Shown: positions 13,601-18,200 of the stretch, piece by piece | Layout: every line of letters begins with the position of its first letter | Numbering within the stretch: position 1 is the first letter of the stretch | Source of the DNA: an uncultured Bdellovibrionales bacterium | GTDB taxonomy: Bacteria > Patescibacteriota > Minisyncoccia > Moranbacterales > GWC2-37-73 | Length of the DNA stretch: 64,000 nt | Assembly: GCA_964484505.1 (NCBI GenBank) | Contig: CAZAFB010000002.1 | Coordinates: forward strand, 9,679 to 73,678 | Direction: 5' to 3' | Notes under the pieces: generated by a model | Told to the model about the DNA's origin: nothing | Database searches by the model: none | What the model saw: only the letters and a program-made list of their open reading frames with translations | Made by a program: the position numbers and the translations under genes

Positions 13601-14330
13601 CACCGATCGCTCCAGCATTGATATCGATTCCATTGATAGTCTCATCAGTATTCAAAACCATCTGCCCTGACTCGTTGACGTAATATGAACTGGATTGGAA
13701 ATTCAAATTGCCGGTTGGATTCAAGGTCAAGGTTGTTGTTGAGTTTATGTCTCCACCGTTCACATTCACATCTCCGCTAACTGTCAAATTACCGGAAGTG
13801 TCAGTTGTCACAATGTGCGCATTAGCGCCACTAGTGGCACTGTCCAACCCATCAAGCAAATCAGAATTGAAAGCATATCCCGAAGCGCCGACTTTTTTTC
13901 TGGGACTCATCTCACTGTCTGATCCAACTTTGATGCCTAAATAATATGTCGAGTTAAAATCAAGATTGATCGCATTGTCACCGGCAACAGTATCACCGAT
14001 CATGATGGAGAAAATTCCATTGGTAACAGTTACAGCTCGCGCTGTCGGACTTCCGACCGTGCCGCGAGCAGTCCAAACGGGAGTGCCGCCACTAGCCGCG
14101 GCATACAAACTAATGACCATATTGTAACTGCCATCAGCAACCGCAACGCCCGAAGAATTTGTTAATTTTCCCTGATAACTAATTTCTTTCGTGATTGCAG
14201 CATGCGCATATTTTGAATAGACATATACGGAAACAATAACCAAAGACAACGACAAAAAACTTGCTACCATCTTTCGCAATCGAATTTTTTTTGCGTATTT
14301 GCTATTGTTTTTTATATTTCTTTCGTTCAT
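1629..14330 (-). CDS. Giant (4233 aa) membrane-anchored surface protein: phage tail-fibre-like repeats (about 40 copies of N[VI]GIGTTSP), LDGxxxxxY tail-fibre motifs, coiled coil, thrombospondin-type-3-like Ca-binding repeats, C-terminal Ig-like domain
   Basis: Single uninterrupted ORF with an N-terminal hydrophobic anchor (MVASFLSLSLVIVSVYVYS). It has periodic GNVGIGTTSP / LDVNG / LYxNG motifs and two LNADLLDGQHGSYYATASSISGTDNYIPRF segments. Towards the C-terminus there is a coiled coil (SQLNAQVNRITTLESQMELINAQ) followed by DSDGDGLVDEEE...TNPYSYDTDGDTFLDGDEL (DxDxDG Ca-binding). Confidence 0.85.
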   Translation of the reverse strand: MNERNIKNNSKYAKKIRLRKMVASFLSLSLVIVSVYVYSKYAHAAITKEISYQGKLTNSSGVAVADGSYNMVISLYAAASGGTPVWTARGTVGSPTARAVTVTNGIFSIMIGDTVAGDNAINLDFNSTYYLGIKVGSDSEMSPRKKVGASGYAFNSDLLDGLDSATSGANAHIVTTDTSGNLTVSGDVNVNGGDINSTTTLTLNPTGNLNFQSSSYYVNESGQMVLNTDETINGIDINAGAIGDVTTFSSTYLATGASYVDIIGSAELRMGGTSVLTSARALQNITAATVDNLYLNGTTIGHTSDTDLLNLASNMLTVNGTLDLNGPIDLDVSVNDYAANFYNSNTGAAAGGLFIRSDGTGNLLTLNASGTDVMTISSTQASFNVPTSFTASGDVSMAYDLIFTNQTASNIKTNAPFTIEVGELFESNDLTLRTFNNGDVVLDAAGGVTLMQPQPWMLANGTSALNFQNASGTSILNIDSTNNRVGIGTTSPATRFHISDTSYTFSASGLSFGDGDTGFYESADDTLQVYVAGFNRLNFTSNGIYPSANDTRDLGSDSLRWRDIFSVDGFFSGNVGIGTTSPAEILDVNGRLRLAQTTAPATTTDKLYNVSGALYWNGVNLSGGGALPSGTSGQTLRHNGTSWIANSVLYNNGTNVGIGTTSPAYKFDVEGTIQAQVDNTYAFRIFENSGDNFRGGLGLENNGDAYLNITSDSGVATKISTNGNSYFMGGNFGIGTSNPGAMLAVSKTYSTAVASEQYGAFINTAFGIADTGLKQGLRLNTGSNITSGTVSSVTGVLSLIGNNGSGGTTDYAHALWTRVDSGAGHVTNNAYGLMVNDGSGAGTIGTQYGVYVFDLVKGSTNNFAIYTAGSTKSYFGGNVGIGTTSPARTLDVNGAIRIGGQIYSPGTYAGFFSDGGSALPVKVGSLAITSDYGNSAPTNGLYVQGNVGIGTTSPGKKLDVNGDVILSGLARSLQIGDGSGANLYFNNTSNNIIYGSNQFQFNTNQTQGFTFNGGNVGIGTTNPIAVLEVNKSDSSTSLWGRGEELIIRNSNGTNNTWSGIGFRGTSSGSIAAGISAVYYDTTNAYARLQFGTRGAAGWDSDVLVLNNGLVGINTTSPAEALDVNGRLRLAQTTAPGTVTDKMYNVSGNLYWNGVNLTGGGALPSGTSGQTLRNNGSGWVANSLLYNDGTNIGIGTTNPSKRFQVTDTYNIYIAGSGLGTGANIYSDNTMYLGTSTANSINLETADTTRLTVGSAGDFNFNSGQVFLQQSTGNLGIGTTNPANFKLQIAGNLGPDADNTYNLGSGTYRWANVYATNIAGAITPTGFTQGSVVFAGTGGLLTQNNGSFFWDNLNGRLGIGTSSPSSSLEVANGNITFGANDITSVGNIYAYSNQGSASNANFSFNNDANTGMFSSGDDTLNFSTAGTERLRISASGSVGIGTTNPEGLLNIVGDNTNLGLKVGSTYIDLPTGQRLSNSMIADDLLFYLPMQNSLSSSRGNTDYYTRTDTSSGSSATYTADSGYITHDYVYNNTPRFEKTNIGKGVWVENGRRNLFQYASFEDGGSISGWTNSGLETFTTTTGYKKHQSYSATLGDTNATGGNAYRSHTLTSGQSYPFYCYALNTTSGSVRSAVDSSVVELYANGAIATSYKPVEGGWYKISGTVTGTGGAINYGVNVKASKQIQLDGCQIEADYNTTNGVPYETSLIYNNGTNQRNRGEETLYYYAWRGTGNTESSDFLIDPAKGTVSFWWRPEWPYDKPATDLYLMQVPNVIQIFYSAADDKVYAQMYNGSNWTTVSVSSPAQTFVGGTDHYVSVRWDATSGLVLNFDGIEYVATATSWTAQTQQLATNTLLYVGSKSSAGGRADSLISDFAIFGRSLTKAEVLQIYNDKAPIEDYQRSDLVMLQQSNRTYQRGSIRVSGELYGGSVSTGTLSTSYINTGYVGLNNSSNFSSHIVLHLPFEGTIDGSRKEVGTFQRTDASSGSAVALDENSLKYVSKNANEPRIDRGFDSNNYYYDTGTKTGNFGIYMEESRKNILLNSSFESTPSEWSASSGCSVSQSTGKSLHGTYSGNMTSTAACRVFQTVDLSEVTAGTKHQVSAYVWRNETSYWGADMSSTIASLYARTDDGLTALSTTYTPLGDGWYRLTGEFDSTAANNWDVGVYFPSASRNIYIDGIQVERSAANGSVYFPTTYVPTTTAEITRAGEKLSYPVPASYKSEKGGFSFWFKPQWTRAITSDNTDKYLLYIPNELRVRLDATNDRFSIDHWNGSAWVTTSTTSTTDVTRYGWNHLSCGWYWNYNRCYLNGNSYTSSASWTPQDPTGKTLYIGSDDAGAYQANAQIAGLAVFDAYLTPEQQTQLYYNRGEFEDYYRTDITRLVDSTSSAIQNGSLYLNGTVGMGSGTAALPSLTFTGDKNTGIYNPIADTLGLSTGGTERLRIDSSGNVGIGTTSPQAKLQILGTSGDATTYGIMSFDTDSGLNDVGVKLGAVAGAGSAGYSFIQSKHTGIANDGSLALNPVGGSVGIGTTSSIAKTHIVDTNTNQVGLVIGAPLASNEVTGIGFQGYVAGGNSIKSAIYHQRTGTWGTGDLHFALNGVLDGTNVSMSDVKMTIKNSGNVGIGTTSPGTKIDVVGGAIRTDNQLISTIATGTAPLAVSSTTLVSNLNADLWDGNQFASYLNQAVLTTSSPTFSRVYTTGRSSSWGSTNGIDTGGMNVTMGTGSSATWLISGTSGGTFRAGIQSLDADGTLRIYSNSSFISINGSTISNATWGGNAIADGYVADTITISGGTIGSNNISGTLTTTGALTIGDGGDTIAVNSSSWDVSTAGAFSGVTTIGMSGQLTSTLATGTAPFAVTSTTLNTNLNADLLDGQHGSYYATASSISGTDNYIPRFNGTSALENSNIYDNGTNIGIGTTSPGEKLSVNGNIYTNGTIKVYNGTTQVGELTSTDTTWFRINQNIAKNIYTPQYFRADGGLYVDDTSHGIDGSGLLLNASLSGTYSNALTLSNTSNSYTGSIATIDNIRLDGTNIGHTSDTDLLSLNSNLLTVNGTLTVNGTITGVKNALNTVTSNLGTPTVEEMALFHGQFNNKFRFIPAYSQEESADGSTWTPSTRLSTNNLKDLMIGEGQSTSVNAIPAPSVGGSGYYRLTWDYAAGGTGYISLNALYVYCSTNGNNVNFKIEAYHNTNGWTEITNGTTSNWPGHVYIPHTPIWYSANASQYGQVRITFSIASATYANPFTLYGIEWMGGYPAARRNAEYYDRDKNVTFPAGITAITNLTSNGTLTANGQVVLGDGGDDIAINSNDWDISSAGAISGITTLNMSGQLTSTLATGTAPLAVTSTTLNTNLNADLLDGQHGSYYATASSISGTDNYIPRFNGTSALENSNIYDNGTNIGIGTTSPGEKLDLNNGILKISRASATDNDSPGITNTSDDDFTYNGLYLNHYGFGFHRPTPYAGSESGAYVSGYYGINMFTSGLNRLVIEQDGNVGIGTSDPGYLFDVNGNTNINGNLIISGTVDGYDISTYGAYFIGSAGTSGQVWTSDGTGAGYWAAAGSGMPSGTEGQMLYNNAGTWTAFSTMYWDDTNSRLGIGTTTPGASLDIFGTTNGLRLSYNSSNYANLSTGNTGILTMTSSDTSQSSITLGAGTATDQLVLFDGNTRDFYVGQDDTDDFFKIGSGAAAGSNTYLTINGSGNVGIGVTSPATYKFYVDWNSDGTSPAYVNNSNAWTNGSADYAEFFKTKDHDLAPGEAVCVDTNNSNAVKRCTRAEDPDLMGIVSTSPSVLGNAQPGREFDNNYVIVGMLGQVPAKVSTENGQINPGDSLTAATKPGYVMKANSGDSTVGVALEPIQQGEGIIQVLISRRNKSLTVEKVEEEVSQRIAEMDVEDKVNRIITEAQAQLTQSIASQSTIVADLSSQLNAQVNRITTLESQMELINAQNQAILDFAIALDVQKMIYKDEIGNVDLLDGKITAAEMVAGVFTVKITDPEAKTIGEAVIRANNSNVEIKTKAVTDNSKIFVTAKVAAEYPLAVTQKKPSEGFVVSVKGNVTEDISFDWWIVESKDETEAVPTVKTQTTESFNGPVDSDGDGLVDEEENRLGTNPYSYDTDGDTFLDGDELRYGYNPLEASDGNKGDKISFSNPKFSGEINDNFIIINAAFVENETANVILSATGTVPSNRSITVFVYGSDGQISTAGTIADNNGNWEISLSKDFAGGQYEVYVCQTNTDGTITAKSAAFVLAK
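4134..4322. repeat. Intragenic duplication copy 1 (189 bp, identical to 5583-5771); similarity extends to about 4125-4470
   Basis: Base-by-base comparison with 5583-5771 shows identity. It encodes the repeated protein segment SGQLTSTLATGTAP(F/L)AVTSTTLNTNLNADLLDGQHGSYYATASSISGTDNYIPRFNGTSALENSNIYDNGTNIGIGTTSPGEKL. Confidence 0.8.
5583..5771. repeat. Intragenic duplication copy 2 (identical to 4134-4322); similarity extends to about 5575-5920
   Basis: Same evidence as copy 1. Identity decays gradually on both flanks. Confidence 0.8.
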
Positions 14331-14353
14331 TTTTCCGTTGATGCAAATCCTTT

Positions 14354-14496
14354 CTCTATTTTCGTCTTTCCTAAACCACTCTCTTTTTTTCTATCAAACT
14401 CATTTCCTAGAAAATAGTTACATGGATAAATGAAAATGGTTCAAGAAAATGGAAAGAAGAAACATGAATCATTTTTCTATTTTCGTCTTTCCTAAA
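14354..14496. promoter_or_regulatory. Two direct repeats of about 22-60 bp (core ttctattttcgtctttcctaaa at 14354-14375 and 14475-14496) in the 5' leader/promoter region of the giant gene
   Basis: Exact 21/22-bp core repeated 121 bp apart. Both copies are followed by similar T-rich tails (ttttttctatcaaactcatttcc vs ttttcttttttctgcttaacaaatttc). They lie immediately upstream (minus strand) of the start codon at 14330. Confidence 0.4.
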
Positions 14497-14542
14497 ACGA
14501 TTTTCTTTTTTCTGCTTAACAAATTTCTTATTTACTAAAATT

Positions 14543-14983
14543 TCATTCCTTCGGTACAACGTTTATCGATCTTACTTTTTGATTCGTGTCCACATAGATA
14601 TTCAAACTTCCGTCATCATTCTGTTCGATTTGATAGGACCCCTTTATTCCGTTTATTTGCTTACTTTTCTCACTGTTGCGAAAAATCAAAAATCCTCCAA
14701 TCATCAAACCAACCAATAAAATCAAGATTGCCACATAACGCCAAGTCAACCTATTCGCTTTTTCCTTTTCCGTAATTTTTTCCTCAATTATTTCATGTTG
14801 CACTTCAGCTTTGTCCGAGACCCTTTCCAGATATTCCAAAACGTCTTCTCTGGTAACCATCCATTTGCCATCTTTTTTGATCGCTCTGAGACGCTTCTTT
14901 CGTACCAAAAGACCCAGATAATTTGAGTCATATGGGGTCAGCTTTTCAGCCTCTTTAAGTGTGATATATGTCTTTTCCTGCAT
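14543..14983 (-). CDS. Small membrane-anchored DNA-binding protein: N-terminal excisionase/MerR-type helix-turn-helix, central TM helix, C-terminal extracytoplasmic tail
   Basis: ITLKEAEKLTPYDSNYLGLLVRKKRLRAIKKDGKWMVTREDVLEYL resembles HTH_17/excisionase-family DNA-binding domains. It is followed by a hydrophobic stretch WRYVAILILLVGLMIGGFLIF. Confidence 0.55.
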   Translation of the reverse strand: MQEKTYITLKEAEKLTPYDSNYLGLLVRKKRLRAIKKDGKWMVTREDVLEYLERVSDKAEVQHEIIEEKITEKEKANRLTWRYVAILILLVGLMIGGFLIFRNSEKSKQINGIKGSYQIEQNDDGSLNIYVDTNQKVRSINVVPKE

Positions 14984-15086
14984 TTTGCTTTATAAAAGCC
15001 TTTATTTAATTAAATTCAATACTGATTCAATACCCATTCAATACCATATTGGGTACAATTTTCCATGCTCAAATTATACCAAAAAA

Positions 15087-15107
15087 AACGGCTTTTTTAA
15101 AGCCGTT
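15087..15107 (-). terminator. Rho-independent terminator downstream of the LamG giant gene (9-bp stem aacggcttt/aaagccgtt, 3-nt loop, A-run 15081-15086 on plus strand, which is the U-tract on the minus strand)
   Basis: Perfect 9-bp inverted repeat at 15087-15095 / 15099-15107. It is flanked by an A-run on one side and T-rich sequence on the other. Confidence 0.5.
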
Positions 15108-15203
15108 AAACCAAGTTATCCACAGTGAGGGAAACGAATCAAAACGAAACAAATTCACGAATTAAAAACGAATAAAATTGCACGAACATGAAAATTCGTG
15201 TCC

Positions 15204-18200
15204 CTAATTACCGAAGCGTAGCGCACTTCCTTCGTTCATGACATTCTTGATTTGTTGGTCAGTAAGGGCATAATTATACACACGCACATCATCAAATTGA
15301 CCTGACGCATTCTGGGTTCCTGATTGAGTGTAGCCAGCAACTGTGATAAATGTTCCCGCTGTACTGTCAGTAAAGGTCAAAGGACTTCCCGTTGGTATTC
15401 CATCCGCATAAGCCTGACAATAGGAAGTCCCTCCAGAAGTCCACCATTTCAATGCAACATGCTTCCATATATTTGCAGAAGGTGCACTTGTTGAAGTGGG
15501 AAAAACAGCCGGATTACCTTTGACGAAACCAATGGTGCTGCCAGCAATACTTATGTAAGTCCTAAAATTAGCATCTGCCCTAAAAATATAATTTCCCACT
15601 CCAGCTGCAGGATTCTTAACCCATAACGCAACAGTTCCGTTTAACGGCGATACTGTCATATTTCTTGTTGCATAATCATCCGTTCCGTCAAAATTTAAAC
15701 TGGAATTGAATTTTCCACTTGTGCCATTACCCCAAGCAGTCCCTGAATTAGTGCATGTCCCCGCAGAAGTCTGCGTCCCACCACTTCCTATGTTTATTGT
15801 TCCATTATTACCATTTCCCGAAGAATCATAGGCTGTACCGCCTTGGCATTCGTCAAACTTCCACCAACCCACCGGTGCGCCACGATTGTAGTCATATGCA
15901 ACTTGCGCAGGTGTGCGGCCGTAATTATAAACCATAACATGGTCTATGGAACCATTGAATTCATCACCCGTAGCATCAGTTACATAACTTTCATAACCGC
16001 CGCCTATTCTGTTTATGCCCCTGTTTGATGAAAATGTAACAGTTCCGGAATTATCCAATTTACCATCCAGATAAAGTGCTACTGCACCACTTGTGTTGTG
16101 GGTTGCAACAATATGATGCCAATTTCCATCATTAACATTGGCAGTGCCGTTAACACTTGCCCAAGCGGAATTATAATGCATATATTGTATTTTTCCTCCA
16201 GTCAAACCAAAACCAAGACCTACCCCATTGGTATTATCCCCAATGACATTTTGCGCCGCATTTCCAGTATACGTTTTTGTACTATCGGAACTTGTGGACT
16301 TAACCCAGGCTTCCAAAGTAATTCCAGAGGAACCAAGATCGAATCTTGAGATACTTGCATAGTCATCAGTTCCATCAAAATTCGCTGCCGATCCTTTTTT
16401 GCCAACCACCCAAGTCGGACCGTTTGTTAGTGTTGCATTTCTGCCTCCAGAGCCGGTATCACTAACTGTTGTCCCGTTTTTTTCGTCAAACTTCCATTCC
16501 CCAACCGGCGCACTGCAAGATGTTGAGTCACCGGGCACGCAATATTCGGCATTTGCACTGCCATCACCAACGCCCCCAGCGCTCATTCCAGCAAATGACA
16601 TTACCGCAGATTTTCCTTGATTATAATCGGCTTCAACTTCTTCTTCGGAAAGCGCGGCATTGTAAATTTTCAGTTCATCAATAATTCCATCGAACGCATA
16701 TGTTCCTATTGAACCGGAGTATAAGTTATTATCATGAGAATAAATCGAAGCAGTGAAAGTGGTTGCATTTTTAAGAACACCATCAATATATATTTTCATC
16801 AATCTGTTATCATAAACTCCGACAACATGGTGCCAATCGGTCCAATTTGAAATAGCGCCACCATTAAGTATTTTTCCACTAGTCCAACAATCTGTTGCTG
16901 CAATATTGAAAGAAAAGCTATTGTTTGAATTTGCAACCAACCCACTATGACATCCTGATCTACCTAAAATAACACGCTCACCTCCAGCTTGGACACCATC
17001 CGGCTTCACCCAAGCGGAAATAGTAAACCTTCCGCTTTCACTTCCGTTTTTTAAAATGGCATTATCGGAAGAATTATATACATAATCATCGCTTCCATCA
17101 AAATGAACGGCCTTATTAAATTTGCCGGAATTTTCCCACTGTGGTGTTGCCGTGCTTGTTGCCAAGGAAAGATTCATGGAACTTCCTTTGAAGCCCACGT
17201 TATTTGCAGTAGTTCCGCTCCCTTCATCAAATTTCCAATATGCCAAAGGCTCCACTGTGCCACCACCTGAATCCGCATCGCTTCCGCCACCGCTCATATC
17301 TTCAACAATCTGGTCTGTCGTGCGGGCATAATTGTAAATTTTCACATCGTCAATCATTCCAGCATAAGTATCCAAATCGCCAGAATTTCTTCCTAGACGC
17401 AAAGGATTAACATCATCCGTCTTAAGGACTCCAACATCGGATGCGCTGCCTTTTAGAACTCCATTAACATATATATAGGCTTTTGTACCATCATACACGC
17501 CAGCAAAATGATACCAATCGCCGGCAACGATGTCTCCCGCCGTACCTCCTGCATTAGCCCATGCTCCTCCGCTTTTAGAATAATAAAATCTAGGCAAACC
17601 ATTAGCTTCCACAACTATCCAATATGCGCCACTGCTGCCATCCCCCTTTCCTACAATATGCGGCCTGTCCGAAAGAGAATCAAACTTTGCCCAAGCTTCC
17701 ACAGTCACATAGGCAGGATTAAGCATGGCTGTATTATTAACATTTACGTAATCACTGGTTCCTGCAAATTTCACGGCGCTCCCATATTTTCCTTGCGTCC
17801 ATGTCGGCGAGTTTACCATATTTCCATTTATGCCATTGCCGCTGAAATCACTTGCGGAAGTTCCTGCATTTTCATCCAATTTATAATGTAAAACCGGGCC
17901 CGGTGCCCAATCATAGAGTTTGCGGACTTCTTCCGGCGAAAGCGCGCGATTGTATGTTCGTGCTTCATCTATTTTCCCGTTGAAATAATATGATTCGTTG
18001 GGGCTGTTGCCTATTTGAAAATTATCAGAAGTGCTTGTCCAATTAACACTAGTGTTTGTAGAATTTGCTTGCTGCTGTCCATTGACATATATTTTGGCAT
18101 TCTTGGTTATTCCATCATAAACAGCCACCACATGGAACCAATCGCTCGTATTTAAAAGCGAGGGAGTTGCCGCAGTAAGCTGATTGGAGTTTAAACGAAA

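Noticed and set aside
2056-14000. Dozens of 60-250-aa plus-strand ORFs inside 1629..14330, and likewise inside 15204..20540 and 27397..34950
   Set aside because: They are antisense to long, motif-rich, uninterrupted minus-strand ORFs. Their products are Ser/Pro/Cys-rich low-complexity sequences typical of the reverse strand of a repeat-rich gene.
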